Assembly (NCBI GenBank): GCA_963665115.1
Contig: OY762007.1
Location: 1,472,001-1,536,000, forward strand
Source of the DNA: an uncultured Rivularia sp.
GTDB lineage: Bacteria; Cyanobacteriota; Cyanobacteriia; Cyanobacteriales; Nostocaceae
Reading direction: 5' to 3'
DNA: 64,000 bases
Under the pieces are notes generated by a model, which did no database searches, was not told where the DNA came from, and was given only the letters and a program-made list of their open reading frames with translations. Positions 19,675 to 31,198 of the stretch are shown piece by piece. The translations under genes and the position numbers were made by a program. Position 1 is the first letter of the stretch. Each line of letters begins with the position of its first letter.

Positions 19675-22600
19675 TTAACAAGCCCGACTCAAGAGCAATC
19701 GCCCATCAGGTAATTTATATAATCCTTGTGGTTCAATAATGCGATCGCCTTTCTTCCAAGCGCGAGAATTTGGTTGTATATTACCTTCAACACCACGCAC
19801 ATCACCAGTGGAATATTCGGAAATAAATCCATCCCCCGGACTATTGCGTAAACCACCAGAACCTGTAATTTGAAAAGAGTTTTCTTGGCGCTTTGTACTG
19901 CGTGAAATACAGCTATTAGCGATTAAAGCGTTGGTGTCAATTTGATTATCGGGTAAGTCGTCAAGGTTGTTTCGGATGCTGCTATCATCTGGATCGGTGA
20001 GATTGAGAACTCCGGGAACTCCTAATTCGGAACTGGCTGTAATATCGCTTGTTGCATCATTTTGTTGTTGGCGAGGTTCGATACCGAAGATTCCTTGGGA
20101 AAGAATGTTAACGTTTCCACCACTACCGCTGAAAGCATTAGCGGTGATGTCGCTGTTTTCTTGGGGGAGAGCAACGATGAATTTGGAGTTGATGTCAATG
20201 TCGCCACCGTCACCGCCTTTTTCGGCTGTACCGGCGTTTGTGGAGATTTGAGCGCCGCGACGCATGAGGAGTAAGTCGCTTGTGAGGTTGATGTTTCCGC
20301 CGTTGCCAGATGTTGAGTTGGCGTTGAGTTTTCCGCCGTTATCTAAGGTAACTTGAGGTGAGTTGACTTCGATATTACCTGTGTTGCCTGAGCCTATGGA
20401 ATTTACAAACAAGCCGCTGTTAGAACTAATATTTGTATCTTTTGCTGTCACCTTCACATCCCCTGCATCGCCTATTCCAAAAGTTGAGGCAATAAGTTGA
20501 GCGCCATCTCGTAATGAGAAGGAGCCAGAATCAATAGTAATATTACCTCCATTACCAACTGTCCCCCCGCACCTACAGAGCTAAAAATCGCACTGAAAGT
20601 ACCGTTTTTCACACCAGCGATATCAACTGAACCAGTAACTTTCACATTTACATTACCAGCATCTCCTTGTCCTGGTGGCTGGGTATCGGATGCTTCACGA
20701 GTAAGAGTTAACAATTGAGCGCCATCAGCTAGTGAAAGTGTTGCGGCATTAATATCGATATTGCCACCCTTACCCTTACCTCCTGCTTCCACTGTGCTAA
20801 AGATGTTAACGTTACCTGCAAGCGAAACAGCATTTCCGGTATTAAATGTCACATTTCCTGCATTGCCAATTCCATAAGTTGAGGCTTGAAGATAAGCGCC
20901 ATCTCGTAACAAGAAGGAACCAGAATCGATAGTAATACTACCTCCATTTCCTTCTGCTCCCGTATCCACAAAGCTAAAAATCCCACTGAAACTACCGTTT
21001 TTCTCCCCAGCAATATCAACTAATCCAGTAACTTTCACGTTGACACTGCCAGCATCCCCTCTACCTACTGCTTGAGTATTAAATGCACTACGAGTAATAG
21101 TTTGCAATTGAGCACCATCAGTGAGTGAAAGTGTTGCGGCATTAATATCGATATTGCCACCCTTACCCTTACCTCCTGCTTCCACTGTGCTAAAGATGTT
21201 AACGTTACCTGCAAGCGAAACAGCATCGAGTGCATTCACTTTGACATTCCCTGCACTTCCTTGTCCCAAAGTTGAAGCAGCAACTGAAGCGCCATCTCGT
21301 AATGAGAAAGAACCAGAATCAACGGTAATATTACCTCCATTGCCAACTGTTCCCGTACCTACAGAGCTAAAAATCCCACTAGCAAAAACGTCTTTCTTCC
21401 CAGCGATATTAACTGACCCAGTAGCTTTCACATTAACATTGCCAGCATCCCCTTGTCCTGCTAGTTGGTTATCAGATGCACTACGAGTAATAGTTTGTAA
21501 TTGAGCGCCATCAGTGAGTGAAAGCGTCGCAGCATTAATGTCGATATTGCCACCCCGACCCTTACCTCCTACTTCCACTGTGCTAAAGATGCCAGTAGGC
21601 TGACCTGCAAGCGAAACAGCACCGGGTGTATTTACTTTCACATTCCCTGCATCGCCCATTCCAAAAGTTGAAGCTTCAATTCGAGCGCCATCTCGTAATA
21701 AGAAAGAACCAGAATCAACAGTAATATTACCTCCATTGCCAACTGTACCCGTACCTACAGAGCTAAAAATCCCACTGGCAAAAATGCCTTTCTTCCCAGC
21801 AATATTAACTAACCCAGTAACTTTCACATTAACATTGCCAGCATTACCTCTACCTGCTAATTGGTTATCAGACGCACTACGAGTAATAGTTAACAGTTGA
21901 GCACTGTCAGTAAGAGAAAGCGTTGCCGCATTAATATCAATATCACCACCCTGACCGTCACCTCCTGCTTCTACCGTGCTGAGAATGTAAGCATTACTTA
22001 CAAGCGAAACAGCACCTAGTGTATTTACTCTCACATTCCCAGCATCGCCCATTCCACGAGTCGAGGCACCAAGTTGAGCACCATTTCGTAACGATAATGA
22101 ACCAGAATCAACAGTAATATTACCCCCTTTCCCTTTTGTCCCAGAACCTACAAAACTCAAAATTCCACTAGACAATCCATTTTTCACACCAGCAATATCA
22201 ACTAACCCAGTAACTCTCACATTGACATTTCCAGCATTACCTCTACCTGGTGGTTGAGTATCAGATGCACCACGAGTAATAGTTATCAGTTGAGCGCTGT
22301 CAGCAAGAGAAAGCGTTGCTGCATTAATATCGATATTGCCACCTTGTCCCACACCTCCTGCTTCTACTGTGCTGATAATGTTACCATCCATAAGCGAAAT
22401 AGCTTCTGTTGCTGTCACCTTGATATTCCCTGCATTGCCCATTCCACGAGTTGAGGCACTAAGTTCAGTCCCCTCAGTAAGAGAAAGGGTTGCCGTATTG
22501 ATATCAATATTGCCACTTTGACCCTCACCCTCTGCTTCCACTCCGCTATAGATGACAGTAGGATAACCTGCGAGCGAAACAGTTTCTGTTGCTGTCACCT

Positions 22601-23933
22601 TGATATTCCCTGCATTGCCAACTCCAGAAATTGAGGTAGCAAGTCCAGCGCCATCAGTAAGAGAAAGGGTTGACGCGTTAATATCAATATTGCCACCGTC
22701 ACCCACACCACTTGCTTCCACCGTGCTAAGAATAGCAGCATTACCTCTAAGGGAAATAGCATCTTTTGCACTCACCGTCACATTCCCGGCGTTACCTTTG
22801 CCAAAACTTGAGGCACCAAGTACACCGCCTTCTCCTAATAAGAACAAACCAGAGTCAATAGTAATATTACCTCCATTGCCTTGTGAACCGGAGCGTACAA
22901 AATTGCGAACAATACTCCCAGCACCTGCAACATTAATTTCCCCAGTAGCATTAAGTGTGATATCTCCTGCAACAGTTTCAGGTGTCCCCAAACCTCGCCC
23001 AATCCCAGCAAAAAGCTTACTTCCTTGCAAAATATCTAAATTTCGGGAATTGATAGCAATATCACCACCACCATCCGCTTCTACACGTACAAACGCTCGA
23101 TTAGTAAGCGATACATCTGAACGAGTGGCATTTTCAGGAAATCCTAACTTCAAATTATCCCCATCAGAGAGAAGATTGACATTTCCAGGTGCTGCTAATC
23201 CTCCTAATTCAACTCTCCCACCATAAGCATTTAATCTTCCTCTATCCATGCTGACATTACCACCCACCAACAGCAAACTCTTACCATCCGCTACTCGTAA
23301 ACCAAAAGCGTTACCACCTGCTGGATTTGTTCCTGCGGGTGCAATTGAGTCATTTTGAATCGCTGCTTGATTATTAACTGCATTAAAAAACAATGCAGAC
23401 GGGTTAACCGAAAGTAAATTACTTTTTTCAGGTTCCGTTGCACTAAATAATCCTGTCTCTCCCAAGTTAATCCCATTCGCAGTAGTCGCGACAAACGAAC
23501 CACCCACATCTAAACTCGCATTTTCGCCAAATACAATCCCATTGGGATTAATCAAAAAGAAATTCGGCTGAGAATTACCAAAAGTACCTAGAGTACCCAG
23601 AATTTCCGAAGGATTTCTACCCGTCACCCGCGTTAAAATATTCTGTATTTCTGCATTCGGACTGAAAAAATATGTTCCTCTTCCTTCGCTAACGTTGAAT
23701 TCTTGAAAGCTGTGAAATAAATTAATCCCTCGCTGCGCTCCACCAGTGATTGTTTCGATTTTGTCTCTAGAAAATGCTGGAGGTAATCCTTGGAAATTTT
23801 CATCAACTTGAGAAGATTCAGCCCCAAGGGAATTATCCGGAATAATATTACTACTTTGAGCAAAACATGGATTGATGAAAAATGCCTGAAATGAAGCTAT
23901 GCCCAAAAGTCCTAACCAGTAAATACCCTTCAT
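19675..23933 (-). CDS. TpsA/FHA exoprotein, tail class A, frameshifted in the C6 run at 20563-20568
   Basis: ORFs 20472-23948 and 19675-20457 join into one repeat-rich TpsA. TPS domain and class A tail are present. The likely start is ATG 23933 after a GAGGGG RBS. Confidence 0.9.
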
Positions 23934-23991
23934 TGTTAATCCCCTCATTATTAAAATCTAAATGTTAAAAAATAATATTTGATCTGAAAAT

Positions 23992-26900
23992 TTAAGAACT
24001 ACATCCCCGACTCAATAAAATTTTTCCATCTGATAATTTATAAACTCCTGTTGGTTCAATAATGCGATCGCCTTTTTTCCAAGCGCGAGAATTTGGTTGT
24101 ATATTACTTTCAACATTACGTACATCACCAGTGGAATATTCGGAAATAAATCCATCCCCCGGACTATTGCGTAAACCACCAGAACCTGTAATTTTAAAAG
24201 AGTTTTCTTGTCGCTTTGTGCTGCGTGAAATACAGCTATTGGCTATTAAAGCGTCTGTATCAATTTGATTTTCGGGTAAGTCGTCAAGGTTGTTTCGGAT
24301 ATTGCTATCATCTGGATCGGTGAGATTGAGAACTCCAGGAACTCCTAAATCAGAACTGGCTGTAATATCGCTTGTTGCATCATTTTGTTGTTGGCGAGGT
24401 TCGATACCGAATATTCCCTGAGAGAGAATGTTAACGTTTCCACCAGTACCGCTGAAAGCATTGGCGGTGATGTCGCTGTTTTCTTGGGGGAGAGCGACGA
24501 TGAATTTGGAGTTGATGTCAATGTTTCCGCCGTCGCCGCCTTTTTTGGCTGTACCTGCGTTTGTGGAGATTTGAGCGCCGCGACGCATGAGGAGTAAGTC
24601 GCTTGTGAGGTTGATGTTTCCGCCATTGCCGGATGCTGAGTTGGCGTTGAGTTTGCCTTGGTTATCTAAGGTAATTTGAGGTGAGTTGACTTCGATATTA
24701 CCTGTATCACCTGAACCGGAAGAACTAACAAACAAGCCACTGTTAGGACCAATATTTCGGACGCGATCGCCTTCTTGAGCTACCAGGTTATTGTAATTAG
24801 GGTAACTTCCATTAACAATCGCCTTCTGTATAACGTTAATTATAATTTTTCCAGCGCTTCCATTGCTCGACGTAGTTGTAATTAATTGTCCTCCTTCGAG
24901 TGCTTCAAAAATACCTGTATTCACTGCAATGTTGCCACCCTTATCATCATTTCTAGTACCCGCATCTATAAGAGCGCCATCTCGTAATGAGAAGGAACTA
25001 GAATCAATAGTAATATTACCTCCGTTCCCTTTTGTTCCCGTATTTACAAGGCTACCAATCCCACTAGGAGCACCGTTTTTTACTCCAGCAATATTAACTG
25101 ACTCAGTAACCTTCACATTCACATTGCCAGCATTCCCTTGTCCTGCTGGTTGGGTATCGGATGCTTCACGAGTAATAGTTAGTAATTGAGCGCCTTCAGT
25201 AAGTGAAAGTGTTGCTGCGTTGATATCAATATCGCCACCTTTACCCACACCTCCTGCTTCCACAGTACTGAAAATACCAGCATTTCCTGCAACAGAAACA
25301 GCATCTGTTGCTGTCACCTTGAAATTTCCTGCATCACCCTGCCCGAAAGTAGAAGCAGCGAGTTGAGCGCCATCTCGCAATGAAAAGGAACGAGAATCAA
25401 TCGTAATATTACCTCCATTTCCTCGCGACCCCTGCTTCCACGGAGCTAAAAATCCCACTTAGAAAACCGTTTTTCTCTCCAGCAATATCAACTAATCCAG
25501 TAACTTTCACATTCACATTGCCAGCATTCCCATTACCCACTGATTGAGTGTCGAATGCATTACGATTAATAGCTAGCAGTTGAGCGCCTTCAGTAAGTGA
25601 CAGCGTTGCCGCATTAATATCTATATTGCCACCCTGTCCCACACTCCCTGCTTCCACTGCACTCAAAATGCTAGCACCTGCAACCGAAATAGTATCTTTT
25701 GCATTGACTATCACATTTCCTGCATCACCCTGCCCAAAAGTAGAAGCAATAAGTTGAGCGCCATCTCGCAATGAAAAGGAACCAGAATCAATAGAAATAT
25801 TACCTCCATTTCCTTGCGACCCTATTTCCACGGAGCTAGAAATGCTACTGAAAAAACCATTTTTCTCTCCAGCAATATCAACTAACCCGGTAACTTTCAC
25901 ATTTACATTGCCAGCATCCCCTCTACCTGCTGGTTGACTATCAGATGCACCACGAGTAATAGTTAGCATTTGAGCGCCCTCAGTGAGTGAAAGCGTTGCC
26001 GCATTAATATCGATATTGCCAGCTTGAGCCTCACCCTCTGCTTCCACTGTACTTAAAATGACAGCATCTACAAGGGAAACAGCGTCTGCTGCTGTCACCT
26101 TGACATTACCAGGATTACCAATTCCTAAAGTGGAAGCAATGAGTTGAGCGCTATCTTCTAATAAGAAGGAATCAGAATCAATAGTAATATTACCTCCTTT
26201 TCCTTGTGAACCTGAGCGTACATTATTGCGAACATTACTCCCAGCACCTGCAACTTTAATTTCCCCAGTAGCATTGAGCGTAATATCTCCCGCAACAGTA
26301 TCAGCAGTCCCTAAACCTTGCCCAATCCCACCAGAAAGCTTACTTCCTTGCAAAATATCTAAATTACGAGTATTGATAACAATATCACCACCACCATCTG
26401 CTTCTACACCTACAAACGCTTGATTGGTCAGCGATACATCTGCACGAGCTACATTTTCAGGAAATCCCAATTTCAAATTATCCCCATCAAAAAGAAAATT
26501 TATATTTCCAGGTGCTGCTAATCCCCCCAACTCAACTCTCCCCCCAGGAGTAGATAACCTCCCACCATCCAAACTGACATCACCACCAACCAACAACAAA
26601 CTCTTAGCATCCAACACCTGCAAACCATTTATCGGGCGATTTGCATCACCATTCAAAGCAATTCCCAATACTGTACTTGTCGCTCTCGAACGATTTATGA
26701 TTCCTGCTTGATTATTAACAGCATTAAAAAACAACGCAGATGGATTCACTGAAAGTAAATTACTTTTTCCTGGTTCCGTTGCGCTAAATAATCCCGTCTC
26801 TCCCAAGTTAATTCCATTCGCAGTAGTCGCGACAAACGAACCACCCACATCTAAACTCGCATTTTCCCCAAAAACAATTCCGTTGGGATTAATCAAAAAG

Positions 26901-27253
26901 AAATTCGGCTGAGAATTACCAAAAGTACCCAAAGTACCCAGAATTTCCGAAGGATTTCTACCCGTCACCCGCGTTAAGATATTTTGTATTTCTGCGTTAG
27001 GACTGAAAAAATATGCTCCTCTCCCTTCGCTAACATTGAATTGTTGAAAGCTGTGAAATAAATTAATACCTCTTTGCGCTCCACCTGTAATTACTTCTAG
27101 AGGTAATCCTGAAAAATTTTCATCAACTTGAGAAGATTCAGCCCCGAGGGAATTATCGGGAATAATATTACTACTTTGAGCAAAACATGGATTGATGAAA
27201 AATGCTTGAAATGAAGCTATACCCAAAAGTCCGAGCCAGTAAATACCCTTCAC
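23992..27253 (-). CDS. TpsA/FHA exoprotein, tail class A, frameshifted at 25429-25432
   Basis: ORFs 25409-27253 and 23992-25458 join on removing one G. It is a tandem paralog of the neighbouring gene. Confidence 0.9.
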
Positions 27254-27561
27254 TGTTAATTCCTCCCCTGCTCTTAAAATTAATGTTAATTACTAATGGT
27301 TAACACTGACATAAATATTCATAAATGTTTTTTATTTACACGTAAAATAAAATTACCTTGAATCGCTATAGATTTGCAAGCAGCAGTTACATAAAGTTAA
27401 CCAAACTGAATTTTATCTAAAATCAATTATTTCAAACCCCTGTCGGTAAAAGTTGCATAAAACTGCATATTTTCTGTAAAGCTGAGTTATTCATGTCTAT
27501 TTCTGGTAACTTAAAAAAATAAAGCCTAAAAGGTGTTTTAAGAGTCTAATTTAATACTTTT

Positions 27562-27880
27562 CCTAGCGACTAGAAGTCGCTGCTACACAAACAAAACCCC
27601 TCCTGCTCGGGTTCTAACTTGACTAGTAGTCGTTTGCATTTATTCTGACGGCTTGTATTTTAGTCCTATTTATAGGACTTTTGCTATTAGCTCGGGGTTT
27701 GCAACCCCGAGCGGGTAACGGTTAAAGCTAGTCATATTTAATGAAGTACCAGTCCACGGAGGTGGTGAGAGCAGCCCCGTGCGGAGGTTCCCTCCGTTGA
27801 TCTGACTGCCGTTAGCGCAGCGTCTCCGGAGGAGATACCCGAAGGGACTTCGCTTGTATAGCAGCGGTTTAAACCGCCAG
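27562..27880. repeat. Nested small dispersed repeats / MITE-like cluster
   Basis: GC-rich hairpins (GCGACTAGAAGTCGC, CTCGGGGTTTGCAACCCCGAG, GGAGGTTCCCTCC, GCGGTTTAAACCGC) in an AT-rich divergent intergenic region. Confidence 0.55.
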
Positions 27881-27913
27881 ATACTTCTCATCTAAGTTTT
27901 CACTATTTAAATT

Positions 27914-30622
27914 ATGAATACCAAAAAATACCAAAAATTAAATCGCCATCAATTTCTTAAAGTATTATTTTTTGCAACTCTCTTAATCAGTTTATCTTTT
28001 GGACAAGTTGTATCGGCACAAGCTCCAAATGCCAGTTCGTTGGTGAAACAAGGAGTTGAAGACTACAAGGCTAAGAAGTATCGCAATGCGGTAGAACACT
28101 GGAAAGACGCAATCAAAGAGTATCAAAACAATCCCTCTGCTACGGCTGTTGTCAATGAAAATTTGGGACGTGCTTATCAAAAATTAGGAGAAGATAAAGC
28201 GGCAATTCAATCGCTGTCTGCGGCAATTCGGGATTATGGAGCGGCTAAAGATATTAAGCAGGTGGGACGAGTGCAGACAGAACTTGCTCAAGTTTATAGC
28301 AATTTGGGACAACCTCGAAAGGCGATCGCACTTGTGTGTGGCAAAGTCGCAAGTCAAGAAAATCTGCAAGTCAAATGTATGTCGGAAAGTGCCGCAGAAA
28401 TTGCGAATCAATACGATGATGCAGATGGTAAGGTTGCAGCTTTGGGTGTTCTCGGTGATGCATATCGGTTAATCGGAAATTACGATAGAGCAATTTATTA
28501 TTTAGATACAGCAAAACAAGCGGCTCCGACAAATTTTTTAGTTTTAAATAGTTTGGGGAATGCTTACAGAAATCGTGCCCAATTATTAGATTTAAGAGCT
28601 AATTCGGCAAAGCAAATTCGTCTTTCAAATAAAGCAAAAGAATTTAATCAAAAGTCTGAGGCAGATTACAATCAAGCCCGTAATTATTTCCAAGAAAGTA
28701 TCAATTTTGCCCGTCAGCGGAAAGAAAGTTTAGCTGAAATACGGGGATTATTAAATTTAATTCAGTTGGCTTCCCAGGCAAGTCAAATGAAAGTTGTTGA
28801 TGATGCAACTTTTAATAGTTCGTTGGCAGATGCTTTAAAAGCTCTGGAAGATTTACCAGATTCAACAACAAAAGTTTATGGATCAATTGATTTAGCATAT
28901 TTGCAACGCAATCAAAAAAAATCACCTTTAATTGGCTGCACAACTGAGCTTGTTTTACCGGAAAATCAATCTTTGAGTTTGCTGCAAAAGTCAGTGTTAA
29001 CCAGCAATAATTTAAAAGATAATCGCCTACAATCTTATGCTAACGGTGCTTTGGGACATTTCTGGGAATGCCGTCAAAATAACCAGAAGGCATTAACATA
29101 TACCCAAAATGCAATTGTTGCGGCAGACAGTAAGTTGGGTGCAAAAGATAGCTTGTATTTGTGGGAGTGGCAAGCTGGAAGAATTTTGAGCAAGCAGAAT
29201 AAAAATCAAGCTGCGGTTAAATCTTATCAGCGTGCATATGAAACTTTGGAAGATATTCGCCAGGATATTTTAACAGCAAAACGAGACGTACAGTTTGACT
29301 TCCGCGATGTTGTTAAACCACTTTATCGTACATTAGCGCAGTCGCGGTTGGAACTGCTGCAAAGTGGAGCAATTACTCAGAAAGAACGCCCAAATCAATT
29401 ATCGAAAGTAGTAGAAACTATTGATTCTTTGAAATTAGCAGAATTACAGAATTACTTTGGTAATGATTGTGTTTTGAGTGCTTTGAATCCCAAGCAGGTG
29501 GATGAACTTCTGGAGGATAAAAATAATAGTGCGGCGTTTAAAAACACCGTATTTTTAAGTTCGATAATTTTAGATGGTAAAACCGGGATATTATTGCAAT
29601 CAGCCAACCGAGAAACTAAATTTAAGTGGATTGAAGATGTTAATCAAGAAGGTAAAGACAAAATAGTTAGCACGAATAAGCTAGAGCAAAAAATTGCCGA
29701 ATTTCGTGATGGGTTAAAGAAAGGAAGAGAACAAATTAACTACGATACGACAACTGCGGCAGAGCTTTACGATTGGATAATTCGTCCATTTATAAAAGAT
29801 GGGGATATTTCACCCGATAAAGTCAAAACCCTGGTGTTTCTTCAGGATGGATTTTTGCGTAGCGTGCCAATGGCAGCACTTTATGACAGGGAACAAGAAA
29901 AATATTTAGTTGAAACCTACGCTATTGGCACAACTCCAAGTTTACGAATTACCACACCCAAACCACGCCGCAGCAAGCAGAAAGCATTAATTTTGGGTTT
30001 AACAAAATCAGCTACAATCGATGGCAAGAAATTTGAGGGGCTTTCTTGGGTTAACGACGAAGTTAGTGCAGTTAAAGAACAATTTCCCAATCATAGTTAT
30101 TTACAAGACGATAATTTTATTCCCGACAATTTTCGGCAGAAACTCCAAAAAACCACATACCCTATAGTTCATATTGCCAGTCACGCTCAATTTGGTGTGA
30201 TTCCCGAAGACACATTCATAGTCACGGGTAACAACAAAAAAATTACCATCAGCGAATTAGAAAACTCACTGCAAAATCTTAACAGCCCATCCGATAGCGT
30301 CGAACTTCTTGCCCTTACTGCCTGTCAAACCGCAGTTGGTAACGACCGTGCTACGTTAGGATTAGCTGGAGTAGCATTGCAAGTCGGAGTTAAAAGTGCG
30401 ATCGCCTCTTTGTGGAGTGTACAAGATGCATCCACATCCAGACTTGTAAAAGAATTTTATCAAAACTATCGTCAACAAGGAATGAGTGTTTCTCAAGCAT
30501 TGCAAAAAGCTCAAATAAAAATGATTAACGCTAAAAAATTACCTCCATCTGAAGATATGAATATCGCGTATGATAACCCCGCACATTGGGCACCGATGAT
30601 TGTTATCGGTAATTGGCTTTAA
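27914..30622 (+). CDS. Exported TPR-CHAT (caspase/HetF-like) protease
   Basis: Signal peptide, TPRs, YLWEWQAG, and a CHAT dyad in HIASHAQF and LTACQT. Ends in WAPMIVIGNWL. Confidence 0.93.
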   Translation: MNTKKYQKLNRHQFLKVLFFATLLISLSFGQVVSAQAPNASSLVKQGVEDYKAKKYRNAVEHWKDAIKEYQNNPSATAVVNENLGRAYQKLGEDKAAIQSLSAAIRDYGAAKDIKQVGRVQTELAQVYSNLGQPRKAIALVCGKVASQENLQVKCMSESAAEIANQYDDADGKVAALGVLGDAYRLIGNYDRAIYYLDTAKQAAPTNFLVLNSLGNAYRNRAQLLDLRANSAKQIRLSNKAKEFNQKSEADYNQARNYFQESINFARQRKESLAEIRGLLNLIQLASQASQMKVVDDATFNSSLADALKALEDLPDSTTKVYGSIDLAYLQRNQKKSPLIGCTTELVLPENQSLSLLQKSVLTSNNLKDNRLQSYANGALGHFWECRQNNQKALTYTQNAIVAADSKLGAKDSLYLWEWQAGRILSKQNKNQAAVKSYQRAYETLEDIRQDILTAKRDVQFDFRDVVKPLYRTLAQSRLELLQSGAITQKERPNQLSKVVETIDSLKLAELQNYFGNDCVLSALNPKQVDELLEDKNNSAAFKNTVFLSSIILDGKTGILLQSANRETKFKWIEDVNQEGKDKIVSTNKLEQKIAEFRDGLKKGREQINYDTTTAAELYDWIIRPFIKDGDISPDKVKTLVFLQDGFLRSVPMAALYDREQEKYLVETYAIGTTPSLRITTPKPRRSKQKALILGLTKSATIDGKKFEGLSWVNDEVSAVKEQFPNHSYLQDDNFIPDNFRQKLQKTTYPIVHIASHAQFGVIPEDTFIVTGNNKKITISELENSLQNLNSPSDSVELLALTACQTAVGNDRATLGLAGVALQVGVKSAIASLWSVQDASTSRLVKEFYQNYRQQGMSVSQALQKAQIKMINAKKLPPSEDMNIAYDNPAHWAPMIVIGNWL

Positions 30623-30674
30623 CAATTATCAATCATCTAGAGATGTTATAACTTCAGCCTAACGCACTATTTGA

Positions 30675-31198
30675 CTAGTAGTCCTTTTCATTAGTTCCGA
30701 TGGGTTGTAGAGACGTTATACATAACGTCTCCCGAAGGTTACGGGAAAAACGAACCCTTCATAATTTATGCAATCGACTACTAGTAGTACTCCGCCACAT
30801 TAATTATGATAGGTTCGTAGTTGCGCTTTAGCGCCAAATATTTAGGGCTAAAACCCTTATGTACAAACAATAATTTATCCATCAAAATTAATGTGGTGGA
30901 AGGGTTCCGGGAGTGCGAGCATCTTGCTCGCTGGTTGTCACGAGGGAGCGAGACGCTCCCACCACATTAATTTTGCGGGGTGAACATCAATTTTATTTGA
31001 AATCGAATAATTCTCTTTATTCTCTTCTTCCGCGCTCTCTGCGGTTTTTTTAACGTTGAAAACCCATCAAAACTAATGAAATGAACTACTAATAGTCGAT
31101 TGTACAAATTCTGAATGGTTTGTTTTCCCGGAAACCGTCGGGAGACGTAGCACTGCTACGTCTCTACAACCCGTCGGAATTAATGGAAAATACCACTA
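30675..31198. repeat. Composite MITE-like element bounded by about 105-bp inverted repeats
   Basis: About 30678-30780 is the imperfect reverse complement of about 31093-31198. Inside are a GTTCGTAGTTGCGC repeat copy and GCGAGCATCTTGCTCGC hairpins. Confidence 0.7.

Noticed and set aside
27670..27891. 73-aa ORF
   Set aside because: It is composed of nested palindromic repeats with no protein-like features.
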